A DNA stretch of 64,000 nucleotides from positions 22,957-86,956 of the forward strand of contig JADINA010000039.1 in assembly GCA_017694295.1 (NCBI GenBank). The letters are read 5' to 3'. This document shows positions 9,755 to 20,500 of the stretch, piece after piece. Position 1 is the first letter of the stretch. Each line of letters starts with the position of its first letter. The notes beneath the pieces are model-generated. The model saw nothing but the letters and a program-made list of their open reading frames with translations, was not told where the DNA came from and did not search any database. The position numbers were made by a program, and so were the translations under genes. The DNA comes from Candidatus Alloenteromonas pullistercoris. GTDB taxonomy: Bacteria > Bacillota_I > Bacilli_A > RFN20 > CAG-826.

Positions 9755-11241
9755 TTGGCGTCCCGCTTGGCTTTTTTTAGCTTCGGGAGCAATCCCTCAA
9801 TCCTAGAGCAAAGCGCGGAGAGGGAATCAAGGCGCCAGGTCCAGTTGACGTCGTCGACGATGCCAGGCACGTTAAGCCTGGCCTCCGTCCCAAGGCCGAG
9901 GATGTCCTGGGCCGAGAGGATGGCAAAGCGCCCTTCTTTATTAAGGCAATAGGATATGAGGGCGTCGACGATGTCCAAATCGTGGCAGCCGTGCTCAGTC
10001 AAAGCCTTCCGCCAGCTTTCCTGCTGAGACGAGGGCAAGGAGGCGAAATAGCCGCGGGCGGTGTCGTTATCGTGGGTGCCGATGTAGCAAACCGAGTTGG
10101 CGGAGTCGTAGCCGGGCTTTTTCGCGATGGCGTCGTCATCGAAGGTGAACTCAATGACGTTCATCCCCGGGAAGTTGTAATGGTCGCGAAGCGTCAAAAC
10201 CTCAGGGCGAAGATCGCCTAGATCCTCGGCGATGATCTTGATCTCTGGATGGTCTTTAAGCAGGCGATCGAACAAAGCATATCCGGGGGCCTCGATCCAT
10301 TCCCCCTCGATGGCGGTTGGGCAGGAGGCGGGTATCTTCCAATAGGTGTCGAAGGCCCTAAAGTGGTCGAGGCGGATGTAATCGTAAATCTTGGAGTTGC
10401 GGACGATCCGGTTGATGATGAAGGCGAAATCGGTCGCCACCAGTTTATCCCAATCATAGATCGGGTTGCCCCAGCGCTGCCCGGTGGCGGAGAAATAATC
10501 GGGCGGAACGCCGGCGATGAAGGTCGGCTGCTTGCTGGAGGGATCAAGCAGGAAGCTATCCTGGCTCGCCCAGACGTCGCAGGAATCGAAGCCGACGTAG
10601 AAGGGGATGTCGCCGATGATCTCGATGTTCTTAGAAAGCGCGTAGGCATGGAGCTTGCCCCATTGCCGATAAAGGGTCATCTGCAGCCAAACCTCGAAAT
10701 CGTAGTCCTCTTTGTCCTTCCCCGCGAACGGCTTCCTTCCCTTTATCCAATCGCGGTCGGCCCAGTTGTCCCAGCTGCGCTCGTCGCGGCGCTTGAACAT
10801 CATGAAGGCGGCGAAGTCCTTTATCCAAGGCTCCTTTTCTTTGAATTCCTCTAGGCAAGAAGGGTCTTTTTCCATCTGCGCCTCAAAGGCCTTATGAAGA
10901 AGCGGGAGCTTGTATTCCCGGCTCCTTTCGTAGCTCACCTTCCCCGGGGTCGGCTCAAACGGGGGGAGGTGGTCGAGGTAGCCTTCCTCGGCTAGGTCGA
11001 ACAGATCGACGTAAAGCTCATCCATGGCGAAGCTCGAAAACGGCTGATAGGGGGAATGGCCGTAGCCAAGCGGGTTGAGCGGCAATATCTGCCAAAGGGT
11101 GAAGCCGCCTTTATGCAATGAATCGACGAAGTCGTAGGCGTCTTTTCCGAAGTCCCCGACCCCATGGGCGCCCGGAAGCGAGGCGACGGGGAGCAAGACG
11201 CCCGCCCTCCTTGCGGCGACACTGAATTTGATTTGGCTCAT
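9751..11241 (-). CDS. malQ: 4-alpha-glucanotransferase (amylomaltase, GH77)
   Basis: Motifs WQILPLNP, GVPPDYFSATGQRWGNP, RLDHFRAF, AEDLG and GTHDNDT. Start set at ATG 11241. Confidence 0.93.
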   Translation of the reverse strand: MSQIKFSVAARRAGVLLPVASLPGAHGVGDFGKDAYDFVDSLHKGGFTLWQILPLNPLGYGHSPYQPFSSFAMDELYVDLFDLAEEGYLDHLPPFEPTPGKVSYERSREYKLPLLHKAFEAQMEKDPSCLEEFKEKEPWIKDFAAFMMFKRRDERSWDNWADRDWIKGRKPFAGKDKEDYDFEVWLQMTLYRQWGKLHAYALSKNIEIIGDIPFYVGFDSCDVWASQDSFLLDPSSKQPTFIAGVPPDYFSATGQRWGNPIYDWDKLVATDFAFIINRIVRNSKIYDYIRLDHFRAFDTYWKIPASCPTAIEGEWIEAPGYALFDRLLKDHPEIKIIAEDLGDLRPEVLTLRDHYNFPGMNVIEFTFDDDAIAKKPGYDSANSVCYIGTHDNDTARGYFASLPSSQQESWRKALTEHGCHDLDIVDALISYCLNKEGRFAILSAQDILGLGTEARLNVPGIVDDVNWTWRLDSLSALCSRIEGLLPKLKKAKRDAK

Positions 11242-11318
11242 AGCTATTTGCTTTTCCTTTCTTTTTTCCAAAATTGAGGCCGAAGCCTTATAACCGATTT
11301 AAATGATAGCACCGTCTT

Positions 11319-12212
11319 CTATTTCCATAAATGCCCGCCGCTTGCTTTCCTTAGCCGCCTTTTTTGCTTAAGCAAGGCCCAATCGGATTTGAAGCGGAGG
11401 TAATCGAAGGGATAGGCGAAAGCCGGGCCCAATAAAGCCGTAAGCAGCGACACCGGGATGAAGAGGTAGACGACCGGGACGAAGCGGATCTCCCCGGCGT
11501 AGCGGTAAGTCATGAGAATCGGCGGCAAATAGGGATAAAGCCAGCCGAGGACGGGATCAAGGATATGCCCCGGGCCCATGGTGAAGGAGGAGTTGAAGTA
11601 TTTGTTCTCAACGTCGATGAACTCCAGCCAGCTTTGGTGGTAGAGGGTTAGGTTGAGGAATAGGCCGTTAAAGAAGATGATGGCCTGCACGAAGCAAAAC
11701 ATGAGCGGCATCGCCCAAAGGCGGTGGTAGTTAAGCTTATGGAAGCCCTCGCGCACCATGACGATCGCGACTATAAGCAAAGGGGCGTGGCAGGAGTAGA
11801 AGCGGAAGCACTCAAGCACCCCATCGAGGCTATGGAGATCGATGCCGACTAGCGAAGTCGGGTAAATGAGGATCACCAAAGTCGAGATTATCCCCATGTA
11901 ATACATGTAGTCTTTCGCGTATTTCCCGCCCCATTTCCAAAGAAACGGCTCGGCGATGACCAAGACGGCGCATAGGTTCTCCCCCGTCGAGCGGGCCAAC
12001 GCATAAGGCCATTCGGCGGCGTAGAAGGGGTTAAGCTGCTTAAGAAAATGGAGGGCGAAGTTGACCCAGAGGATGATGGAGACGAACTTCTCGGAGAAGG
12101 CCTTGCCGGCGAGGTGGCAGATCTGCACGCATATTATGACGAAAACCGCCGTCGCCAAAAGGCAATAGACGAACGGGAAATTCGCGAATTCGACGCCGAG
12201 CGGGCCGGGCAT
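11319..12212 (-). CDS. Integral membrane protein, YwaF/TMEM164-like
   Basis: Multi-pass protein with NLC, YP and RFYSCH motifs. Confidence 0.6.
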   Translation of the reverse strand: MPGPLGVEFANFPFVYCLLATAVFVIICVQICHLAGKAFSEKFVSIILWVNFALHFLKQLNPFYAAEWPYALARSTGENLCAVLVIAEPFLWKWGGKYAKDYMYYMGIISTLVILIYPTSLVGIDLHSLDGVLECFRFYSCHAPLLIVAIVMVREGFHKLNYHRLWAMPLMFCFVQAIIFFNGLFLNLTLYHQSWLEFIDVENKYFNSSFTMGPGHILDPVLGWLYPYLPPILMTYRYAGEIRFVPVVYLFIPVSLLTALLGPAFAYPFDYLRFKSDWALLKQKRRLRKASGGHLWK

Positions 12213-12213
12213 G

Positions 12214-13386
12214 CTATTTCACCCGCCTAGGCCCCCCGACGGCCATCTCGGCCTCTTTGACGAGCTCGGCCCCATAGTAACTGCGGGCCGCCTTCAAGAA
12301 CAAAGGCAGGTCGCGGGGGTAGAGGAAGGCGATGACGCTGCCGGCGAAGCCCCCGCCCATGATGCGGATCGCCCCTTGCCCGAGGAAGGGGCGGAGGCGG
12401 TCGATCGCCTCTTGGGGCGAATGAGGGTAATGGAGGGGGACCATGGTGTTTTGTAACAGCTTCTCGCTGCTATACCCGGATTCGTTGATGAGGCGGAGGA
12501 AAGTGGCGACGTCTTTGCGCTTAACGGCCTGCCTCGCCTCCTCAACCCGGCGGTTCTCTTGATAGAAATGGGTGGCGCGCAGCTTGGCGATCTCGCTTAC
12601 GCCCTCAGTTGGCATAGAGACCGCGGAGAAGAACTCCTCGGGCGAGACGTCGCGGAGATAACGCTTCCCGAACATCTTTTCGGCGACGTCAAACATATCC
12701 TGGCTTATTGAGGCGTAATGGGGGGTGAGCCCGGCGTGGGAGCCACCGGAATTGATCAAAACCGGATGCAATGGGAAGCCCCACTCCAGCGGCTCGACCG
12801 TTGGCTCGTTTGGGTCAAGGAAATCAACGTAGCAAAGCCCGCCATAGCAGGCCCCGATCTGGTCTAGTAGCCCGCAAGGCTTCCCGAAATAGGCGTTTTC
12901 GGCGTATTGGCTTATCTTGGCCATATTAAGCGGATCGAGGGCGTTGCCGTTATAAAGGTCATCGACGATCTTGGCGATGAGCGATTCGAAGCAAGCCGAG
13001 CTCGAGACCCCGGCCCCGCGGAAGATGTCGGATTCGAGGTAGGCCTCAAATCCCCCGAGCTTATACCCAAGCTCCCTCATCTTCGCCATCACCCCCTTGG
13101 CGAGGGAAAGCGAACTATGGGATTCGGCGGGGTTGGGGCTAAGGTCGCCAAGCAAATCGAAGCTCGCCTCGCGATACCCTTTGGAGACGATCCTCACCCG
13201 GTCGTCATAGGTTTGCCTGACGGCGGCCACCGTCCCCATGTCGACGCCGGAAAGAATGCAAAGCCCATGGTTGTGGTCGGTGTGGTTGCCGATTATCTCC
13301 ATCCGGCCATGAGCCGAATAAAGGCGGTCGGGGTCAAGGAAAAAATGGCGCTTGAACCCTTCCCAAACTTGCTTTTCGTCGATCAT
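12214..13386 (-). CDS. galK: Galactokinase
   Basis: Motifs GRMEIIGNHTDH, GAGVSSSA, GKPCGLLDQ and RIMGGGFAG. Confidence 0.92.
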   Translation of the reverse strand: MIDEKQVWEGFKRHFFLDPDRLYSAHGRMEIIGNHTDHNHGLCILSGVDMGTVAAVRQTYDDRVRIVSKGYREASFDLLGDLSPNPAESHSSLSLAKGVMAKMRELGYKLGGFEAYLESDIFRGAGVSSSACFESLIAKIVDDLYNGNALDPLNMAKISQYAENAYFGKPCGLLDQIGACYGGLCYVDFLDPNEPTVEPLEWGFPLHPVLINSGGSHAGLTPHYASISQDMFDVAEKMFGKRYLRDVSPEEFFSAVSMPTEGVSEIAKLRATHFYQENRRVEEARQAVKRKDVATFLRLINESGYSSEKLLQNTMVPLHYPHSPQEAIDRLRPFLGQGAIRIMGGGFAGSVIAFLYPRDLPLFLKAARSYYGAELVKEAEMAVGGPRRVK

Positions 13387-14888
13387 TGGCGATATCCCTC
13401 CAGCGCTTTGGCTATGAATGCGTCTAGGCCCTTTTGGCCTTTTTCGTTGTCCTTGAATACGGCGACGTCGGAAAGTATCCGGCGGCAGACTAATGCCAAA
13501 TACGATTCGACGCTTTGCCCGTTTCGAAGGTGTTCCAACAATGGCTCAAACCCGGATAAATCGGGGTAAAGCGAGATGGCTTGGGCGTCGCCTAGCCCCT
13601 TGGCCACGGCATCCTTGGCCTCCTCGGTTTGCCTTTTTAGCCGGCCAGGCAAGACGAAATAGCCGGCCGCCTCGATGAGACCGATGCCCTCTTTCTTAAC
13701 GTGGTGGCTTTCCGGGTGGGCGTGGAAGATGCCGTCGGGGTATTTATCGTCGCAGCGGTTGTTGCGCAAAATGAGGAAGAGGCGGTATTCGCCGTCGACT
13801 TGCCTCGCTATCGGGGTGACGGTGTTATGGCGTGTCTCCCCATCGAAGGGAATGATGAGGTTATCCTCATCCGCATAGTCGCGCCATGCCTCGAAAATGG
13901 CAGAGGCCAGCTTTGCGACTTTGTCTTTGCTTTTGCCCCTAAGTATCAAGGCGGTGTCGTAGAAATCGGCCTGCTCGAGGGTGACTTCTCCTTCTAAATA
14001 GGCTTTCCTCGCCTTCGCTTTCAATAAGGGAAGAAGATGGGCCCCGCCTTGGAAATGCTCGTGGTCGAGTATCGAGCCCCCGACGATGGGGAGGTCGGCG
14101 TTGGAGCCGAGGAAGTAATGCGGGAAGAGGGTGACGAAATCAAGCAGGCAGCGGAATATGTGCTCCCCCATCCCCATCGGGTAATGGGAGGAGGCGAAGA
14201 CGATGCAATGCTCCGGGTAATAGACGTAAGGGGAGTATTGGAGGAAATAGTCCTCCCCGTCAAGCGAAAGCGGGATGTAGCGGATATTCCCCCTCGCCGG
14301 ATGCTTGGGATTCCCTTTGTAGCCGATGTTTTCCTTGCACAAAAGGCATTTGGGGTAGCCTTTCGACTTGAAGGTGAGCAATTTGGCGATCGCCTTGTTG
14401 TCCTTCTCCGGCTTGGAGAGGTTGATCGATATCTCTAGCGGCGAGCCTTTGGCAAAATCAAAGGGGAAGACGATGTTGCGGTCGACCCGGGTTTTGGCGA
14501 TGTATTGGTTAGCGATGGAAAGGGAGTAGAGGAAATCCGTGGCCTGCTTGGGATGGCCTTTCTTTATCTTATCCAGGCAATAGGCGGCGACTTCGTTTGG
14601 GGAGGGGGAAAGTAGCCCTAGGCAATAGGCGGCGATGCGCTCCGCCTCGCCCTCCTCCTTCCCGGAGTCGACTAGCGCCTCGATAAGCGGATCGACTAGC
14701 GGATCGGGGACGGAAAGGCTTTTTATTTCCTTTTCGTCGATCTCCCCTTCATAGGGGGCATCAAGCCCAAGCTCGCGTAGCAGCAGGTTTTCCTTATAGA
14801 TGGCATCAAGCCCAGATAGCCCCAAATGGGCCTTGGCATAGCAAAGCAACTTTCCGGCAGCAAGCGAAAGCCTCTCCTCGACGTTCAT
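13383..14888 (-). CDS. galT: Galactose-1-phosphate uridylyltransferase (type II)
   Basis: Motifs INLSKPEKD, YPKCLLCKEN, NADLPIVGGSILDHEHFQGG and KKEGIGLIE. Confidence 0.93.
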   Translation of the reverse strand: MNVEERLSLAAGKLLCYAKAHLGLSGLDAIYKENLLLRELGLDAPYEGEIDEKEIKSLSVPDPLVDPLIEALVDSGKEEGEAERIAAYCLGLLSPSPNEVAAYCLDKIKKGHPKQATDFLYSLSIANQYIAKTRVDRNIVFPFDFAKGSPLEISINLSKPEKDNKAIAKLLTFKSKGYPKCLLCKENIGYKGNPKHPARGNIRYIPLSLDGEDYFLQYSPYVYYPEHCIVFASSHYPMGMGEHIFRCLLDFVTLFPHYFLGSNADLPIVGGSILDHEHFQGGAHLLPLLKAKARKAYLEGEVTLEQADFYDTALILRGKSKDKVAKLASAIFEAWRDYADEDNLIIPFDGETRHNTVTPIARQVDGEYRLFLILRNNRCDDKYPDGIFHAHPESHHVKKEGIGLIEAAGYFVLPGRLKRQTEEAKDAVAKGLGDAQAISLYPDLSGFEPLLEHLRNGQSVESYLALVCRRILSDVAVFKDNEKGQKGLDAFIAKALEGYRQ

Positions 14889-15874
14889 TTTCCTTCCTCC
14901 GGAATCTCAAAGAAGCGGTAGCAATTGGTTTGGACGTCCTTTTCCCCGGCTTTGACGATAAACGAGTCGAAGCGGTCGCTCCGCTTGACCGGCTCGCAGG
15001 TGAAGGAGGCGTAGCGCCCATCCTTCCGTCCCGAGGCATAAGTAAGCGAGGATGGGGAATTGGAGGTGAAAACCTGGACGGCGGGGGCGCTCGTCAACAT
15101 CTTCATCCCAAACCTCCGGCCCCTGGCCTCGAATTCCCCAATCGGCCCATCGAAGACGAAGGCGTGGTCATAGCCTTTTAGCCGCGGGTTAGCTTGCAAT
15201 TCGGGGGCAAGGATATCGCGGGTGACGCGCTTAAAGCGTCGGAAATCCAAAGCCGGGCTCACCGGCTTGACCCCCAAGGGAAGCAGCTCCCCGTCATAAT
15301 AGGCGGCAAATGAGGCGTTTATCCGGAAAGAGATGTTTTCTAGCCCCGTCTCGCCCAAATCGAAGTAAAGGTGGTTGGTGAGGTTAAGCGGGGAGTCGCG
15401 TTTGGGAGTGGAGACGTAAACCAAGTCGAACCCGGGCACGCCGGAAGTCACGGTGTAGACGGCGTGAATGTCGACTTCCCCCGGATAGCTTTCCGCGTCG
15501 GGGGAAAAGGGGAAGGAGAAAATCACGCACACCTTCTTTTCGTCTTGCCGGATTTTATAATCCCACCTTTTGAAGGATAAGGCGATGGAGGAGGAATGGA
15601 GGCTATTGGCCCCTTCGTTGGCCTCAAGGCGATACTGCTTTCCGCCTAGCTCGTACCTCGCCCCCTTTATCCGCCCGGCCACCGGGGCGATGGTCCGCCC
15701 GAAATAGCCTTTGCATAGGCGATAGGAGAAGGCGTTGGCGGACATCTCCTCGCCTTTAAACCGGATCGAATCAACCCCGGCCCCGACGTCGCTTAAGGTC
15801 AAACCAAAACAAGAGGATGGATCCTCGATCGCGATGCTAACGTGGCCAGATCCGCTTTCGACTTTCACTTCCAT
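14885..15874 (-). CDS. galM: Aldose 1-epimerase
   Basis: Motifs APVAGRI, NEGANSLH, NLTNHLYF and GYDHAF; first gene of the galM-galT-galK cluster. Confidence 0.88.
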   Translation of the reverse strand: MEVKVESGSGHVSIAIEDPSSCFGLTLSDVGAGVDSIRFKGEEMSANAFSYRLCKGYFGRTIAPVAGRIKGARYELGGKQYRLEANEGANSLHSSSIALSFKRWDYKIRQDEKKVCVIFSFPFSPDAESYPGEVDIHAVYTVTSGVPGFDLVYVSTPKRDSPLNLTNHLYFDLGETGLENISFRINASFAAYYDGELLPLGVKPVSPALDFRRFKRVTRDILAPELQANPRLKGYDHAFVFDGPIGEFEARGRRFGMKMLTSAPAVQVFTSNSPSSLTYASGRKDGRYASFTCEPVKRSDRFDSFIVKAGEKDVQTNCYRFFEIPEEGK

Positions 15875-16007
15875 AACAACTAAACTCCCGGGCTAAGCCC
15901 TCGTCCATTGGCTAGATTATAATCTAGAGGGCGAAGACAAGGGAAGATAAAGATGGCGGGGAGCTTGCTTTTTTTGCCCCTAGCGCCCTTTCATGGGGAA
16001 AAGGGGT

Positions 16008-17591
16008 TTAGAGGAAGGGGGCGATGATGCGCAATATCGCCCAATAATACTTGTTCTTCCTTTCCAAGAAGGCGTAACGCTCCTTGGTTATGAGCTCGCT
16101 TTTCTCGATGCTTTGCAGGTAATCCTGCCTCATCTTGGCAATCGAGGGGTCGCCGAAAAGCAAGGTCCCGTTCTCGAAGTGGAGGTAAAGGCTCCTATAA
16201 TCGAGGTTGATGGTGCCGACGCTGCCGACGGAGTCATCGACGATGAACATCTTCTCGTGGACGAATCCCGGGGTGAACTCGTATATCCTCACCCCCGCCT
16301 CCATAAGCGGCCCGTAATAGCTTCTGGTCAAATTGAAGACCGCCTTCTTATCCGGGATATGGGGAAGGAGCAACCTGACGTCGACCCCGCTTTTGGCGGC
16401 TTGGCAGATGGCGTTTTGCATCTCCTCGTCTATCAATAAGTAGGGGGTGGCCATGTAAAGGCGATGCTTGGCCGAGTTTATAAGGGAAAGGTAAACCCTC
16501 TCCCCGACCGCCTCCCCGTCGAAAGGCATGTCGAAATAAGGCAAGACGAAGCCCTCGCCTTTGGGCAATCCGCCGATCTCATCGGCATAGACGGAAGAGG
16601 CATAAGGGGCCTTGTCGAAAGAAGAGAAGCCCCCCTCTTTCGCCCCAATCGCCCCATAGGTCGAAAGGAAGGCGTAGGTATAGGCCTCAACCGCCTCGCC
16701 CTTGACCATGATCCCGTTATCCTTCCAAACCCCGAATCGTTCCTTCCTGTTAATGTATTCGTCGGCCAGATTGAAGCCGCCGGTGAAGGCGGTGTGGCCG
16801 TCGATGATGAGCATCTTCCGGTGGTCGCGGTTGTTTTGGCGGACGTCGAGGAAAGGACGGAAGCGGTTAAACGGCTTGGCCTTTATGCCATAGCGCGCCA
16901 TCTCGGAGGCAAAATCGCTAGGAAGGGTCGTGAGGCACCCGACGTCGTCATAGACGATGCGGACGTCGACGCCTTGGCTTGCCTTCTCCTTCATAATCTC
17001 GAGCATCGAGGAGAAGAAGGCCCCCTCCCTCTCGATTATGAAAAACTCAAGGAAGATGTAGTGTTTGGCCTTTTTAAGCTCTTCAAGCAAAGGCTCGAAA
17101 AGGTCGTCCCCAAGCGGGTAATAGGTAACCTGGCTATGGCCATGGGGGGCGAAGCCATGGACGTTATAAAGGTAATTGGCGATGCCTTGGTATTCCCCAA
17201 AGCGGGCAAGGAACTCGCCCCATTGTTCCTTCTCTATCGGGGTTTTGAGGGAGTCGCGGAGCTTATGGCTTTGCTCGAGGCGGAAGCGCTTGCTGTTTTG
17301 CTTGTTGCCGAAGATGAGGTAGAGGAAGCCCCCAATGCCCGGGAGAAGAAGGATGACGAGCACCCAGGAAAGGCGATAGGCCGAGGGGGAGGTGGAGTTA
17401 TAGGCCAATAGGCCGAGCACCGCCCCGAAGGCGTAGACGGCGACGATGGCGAAAAGGGAATAGGCCGGGGAGACGCCGCTCCAATCGCTTAGCCAAAGGA
17501 AGAAAAGGAAGAGCCCGGCGAATTGGCATAGGATCAAAAACCCGATGATGGCCTTGGGCCAAAACCCTTTGCTAAGCAGTTTCTTGATCAT
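16008..17591 (-). CDS. cls: Cardiolipin synthase
   Basis: N-terminal membrane segments and two HKD motifs (DHRKMLIID, VHEKMFIVD). Confidence 0.92.
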   Translation of the reverse strand: MIKKLLSKGFWPKAIIGFLILCQFAGLFLFFLWLSDWSGVSPAYSLFAIVAVYAFGAVLGLLAYNSTSPSAYRLSWVLVILLLPGIGGFLYLIFGNKQNSKRFRLEQSHKLRDSLKTPIEKEQWGEFLARFGEYQGIANYLYNVHGFAPHGHSQVTYYPLGDDLFEPLLEELKKAKHYIFLEFFIIEREGAFFSSMLEIMKEKASQGVDVRIVYDDVGCLTTLPSDFASEMARYGIKAKPFNRFRPFLDVRQNNRDHRKMLIIDGHTAFTGGFNLADEYINRKERFGVWKDNGIMVKGEAVEAYTYAFLSTYGAIGAKEGGFSSFDKAPYASSVYADEIGGLPKGEGFVLPYFDMPFDGEAVGERVYLSLINSAKHRLYMATPYLLIDEEMQNAICQAAKSGVDVRLLLPHIPDKKAVFNLTRSYYGPLMEAGVRIYEFTPGFVHEKMFIVDDSVGSVGTINLDYRSLYLHFENGTLLFGDPSIAKMRQDYLQSIEKSELITKERYAFLERKNKYYWAILRIIAPFL

Positions 17592-18066
17592 CGTCCCTTT
17601 CGCCTAGCATAGAGGCGGCCAAATATAGCCGGCGATAGCCGCATTCATAACGGGAAAGCGCCTTGATGGCGCGGATGTTTTCCCGTCTTTCCCCTTGCTT
17701 GCTTAGCCTCTTGATGAGCCCGCGATATCCCTTTTCGTCGTCGGGGGAAAGGGGATGGACGCGGGTTTCCCCAAGCAATAACGGCTTGAAGGCAAGACAA
17801 AGGCGGAGCAAAACCCGGGAGGCGGGGTCAATAAGCAAGCTATCCGATTCGTCCTGATTGAAATAGTGAAGCCCCCCAAAAGGAAGGGGGAGGCGCTCAA
17901 AGGCCCCGGTAATCGTGACCTCCCCAAGGTCAGGGAGATTGACTGAGACGGAATTGGCGTAAAAAAGGGAGCCGCTCTCAAAATAGGGAAGCAAGGCAAA
18001 CCCGCCTTTTCCCTTCTTAAGCAAAAAGCCCTTTCCGTCAGAAATGGCTAAGACGCGCTTGCCCAT
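17572..18066 (-). CDS. Hypothetical protein
   Basis: Fills the gap in a same-strand operon and overlaps both neighbours. ATG 18066 follows a GAGG RBS. Confidence 0.5.
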   Translation of the reverse strand: MGKRVLAISDGKGFLLKKGKGGFALLPYFESGSLFYANSVSVNLPDLGEVTITGAFERLPLPFGGLHYFNQDESDSLLIDPASRVLLRLCLAFKPLLLGETRVHPLSPDDEKGYRGLIKRLSKQGERRENIRAIKALSRYECGYRRLYLAASMLGERDDDQETA

Positions 18067-18980
18067 GGCTTTGACCTCTCTATCCCTTTGGGGATATTGC
18101 GGAAGCATATCGAATAGGCTTTTTTGGAGTGCCCTTTGGCGTCGCCGTCATGATCGAGGGCGAAGTAGGCAGAGGCGTCGAGCCCGTTTTTCAGCCGGGA
18201 AAAGATGGCCTCGAATTTGAATTTGGCCTCGCTAAGCAACTCAAGGTAGGACTTATCGTCCTCCCTCCCCGAGGAGGGATGGATCCATTTGGCCTTGGAT
18301 TTGTTTAAGCAGTCGATTTCCTCATCGGCTTTGGAGGCGAAAAGAGGATAGGACATGGAATAGCCAAGCGAATTCTCCCCCATAAGCCGGAGAAGGGGCC
18401 GCTTTAAGGGCAAGCAAGAGGTCAAAAAGGTCTGAGTTGCGCAGAAATCGGCGTAGGAGGAGAGGAAGGCGCCTTCGCCGATGAGCCCGCTTTCGGCCCA
18501 AAGGCGGTCGATCTTCTTTAGCGCCCCGCTTCCGATCCTTAGCCCCCAAACCCGTCCCCGGGTTTTGTCTAGTTGCCTTAGCCTTCTATCCAGCAGCGCC
18601 TCAAAGCGGCCATGGCTGGCCTTGGTAAAGCCCTTTAGCCCCCCGCCTAGCTCAAACCCAGAACGGTAAAAGATATAGGGGTGAGCGGTCGAGTCGAGGC
18701 AATAATGGAGGATGAGGCCATAGACGTAGGAAGAAAGCTCGGTATCGTCTTCGCACTCTGCAAGGAAGGAGGAATATAGGGCGTAGGAATCGGCGTGATG
18801 GAGGGCCTCCCCGCATTCGTTGGCCTCCTTGGCCCCTTGTTTTCCCTGCCAAGGCAAGGTGCCCCGGTATAGGAAGGGGTCTGGGCCTTGCGAGCCCAGG
18901 CGAAAACAAGGCAAATCGAGGTCGAGGTGGAGGGAAGCCACCTCGAGGGCAAGGCGGTCATGGGAATAGCAGGCCGGCAT
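18048..18980 (-). CDS. Zinc-dependent phospholipase C family protein
   Basis: N-terminal MP-x4-H, plus GSQGPDPFLY, HYCLDSTAHPYI and HGRFEALLD. Confidence 0.8.
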   Translation of the reverse strand: MPACYSHDRLALEVASLHLDLDLPCFRLGSQGPDPFLYRGTLPWQGKQGAKEANECGEALHHADSYALYSSFLAECEDDTELSSYVYGLILHYCLDSTAHPYIFYRSGFELGGGLKGFTKASHGRFEALLDRRLRQLDKTRGRVWGLRIGSGALKKIDRLWAESGLIGEGAFLSSYADFCATQTFLTSCLPLKRPLLRLMGENSLGYSMSYPLFASKADEEIDCLNKSKAKWIHPSSGREDDKSYLELLSEAKFKFEAIFSRLKNGLDASAYFALDHDGDAKGHSKKAYSICFRNIPKGIERSKPWASAS

Positions 18981-18985
18981 CTTGG

Positions 18986-20422
18986 TTAATCCTGATCGAG
19001 GGCCTCCAAGCCCTTCTTCACCTTGGTTTTGCGGTTATGGGCGTTTTTGACGAATAGGAAGGTGATGGCCGCCACCGCGACGGCGATGAGGGCGTATAGG
19101 GGCAAGAAGGAGAAGCTAAGCCCGGGGATGAGGATAAGCAACCCGAATAGGCATGGGGTGATGGTTTGGGCCGCCATCGAGGAGGCGTAGTAGTAGCCGG
19201 TGAAGGCCCCGACCTTCTTCGAGTTGCAAAGCTCGACGACCATCGGGTAGGAATTGACGTGGACGAGGCTGAAGCCGAAGCCTTTAAGCACCCAGACGAT
19301 GTACATGTAGACGGGAAGGGGGTTGGTGGTCCCAGGTTCGGGGGTCGCCACCGGGATCGAATAGGAGCAGATGACCCAAAGCAATAGCCCGGCGACGACG
19401 ATTAGCAAGCCAGACATCACCGTCCACTTCCTCCCGATCCAGGAGGCGAGATAGCCGCCGGCGAGGAAGCCAAGCACCGAGGCGACGCCGCCGACGATGG
19501 TGACGACGGAGGAAAGGTTGGTGCCGCATTGGAGCCAATAATAGGTGTAGTTGCTTAGGAAGGTGTTGATGCCATTATCGGCCATGAACCAGAGGAACTC
19601 GGCGACCAGGATTAGCCAAAGCATGATCTTGTTGCCTTTGGTCATCGGGGCGTCGTCATCGACTTTGTCTTCAGTCTCCCCATCTCTTTCGCCCCAGGCC
19701 AGTTCCTCTGCGAGGTCGCGGGAGAGCTTATTCTCCTTGACCGTTAAGGCGAGGACGAGGCAGGAGACGATAAGAAGGGCCGAGGCCACCAAGAAGGGGG
19801 TCTCGATGACCCAGATGTTGTTGAAGGCGTTTTCGGCCCCCTTGATGGGGAGGCCGCCTTTGCCTAGGTAATCGCTTAATACGAGGAACATGGCAAGGAA
19901 AGTCGCGCAGGCCCCGCCGAGGTAGCCCATAATGTTGATGATGCCGTTGGCTTTCGAGCGGAACGGCTTCGGGGTGAGGTCGGGCATGAGGGCGACGGCC
20001 GGGTTGCGGTACATCATGGCGAAGAAGACGACGATCGCCATGACGCATATAAGGCCGGCTAGGCTATGGTAATGGAAGGCGACGGGGATGAAGGGGAAGG
20101 CGACGGCGCACACCAAAGTCCCAATCAATATATAGGGCATCCTTTTGCCGATTTTGGTGTGGGTTTTGTCGCTTAGCCGCCCGAAGATGGGAAGCAGCAC
20201 CAAGGCCGCCAGATTGTCGAGGGCCATGACCATGCCGACAAGGTATTGGACCTCCTCGGCCTCATCGGCCCCAAGGGCCTCCTGGAGCAATTCGGTGAGC
20301 ATCGGCGAGCAATACGAATCGTATACCTGCCAAAGAAGCAAGATGCCGAAGAAGGCGAAGCCGATGAGGAAAGTCCGTTTGTAGTTTAGCTTATACGGGG
20401 GTTTGCTTTGGGTGTTTTCCAT
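18986..20422 (-). CDS. MFS sugar transporter (SLC45/maltose-sucrose-like)
   Basis: Motifs TFLIGFAFF, GRLSDKTHTKIGKRMPY, VALMPDLTP and NSYPMVVEL. Confidence 0.88.
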   Translation of the reverse strand: MENTQSKPPYKLNYKRTFLIGFAFFGILLLWQVYDSYCSPMLTELLQEALGADEAEEVQYLVGMVMALDNLAALVLLPIFGRLSDKTHTKIGKRMPYILIGTLVCAVAFPFIPVAFHYHSLAGLICVMAIVVFFAMMYRNPAVALMPDLTPKPFRSKANGIINIMGYLGGACATFLAMFLVLSDYLGKGGLPIKGAENAFNNIWVIETPFLVASALLIVSCLVLALTVKENKLSRDLAEELAWGERDGETEDKVDDDAPMTKGNKIMLWLILVAEFLWFMADNGINTFLSNYTYYWLQCGTNLSSVVTIVGGVASVLGFLAGGYLASWIGRKWTVMSGLLIVVAGLLLWVICSYSIPVATPEPGTTNPLPVYMYIVWVLKGFGFSLVHVNSYPMVVELCNSKKVGAFTGYYYASSMAAQTITPCLFGLLILIPGLSFSFLPLYALIAVAVAAITFLFVKNAHNRKTKVKKGLEALDQD

Positions 20423-20500
20423 TGGTTATTTTCCCTTGACGCGTCAAGCGAATTCTAAACCCTCGCTAGGCGTTTGGGAAGGCGGGATGTGGTCTTTTGC

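Noticed and set aside
16464-17411. 315-aa plus-strand ORF, and similar long overlapping ORFs elsewhere
   Set aside because: It lies antisense to cls. Such stop-poor frames are expected in GC-rich coding DNA and show no motifs.
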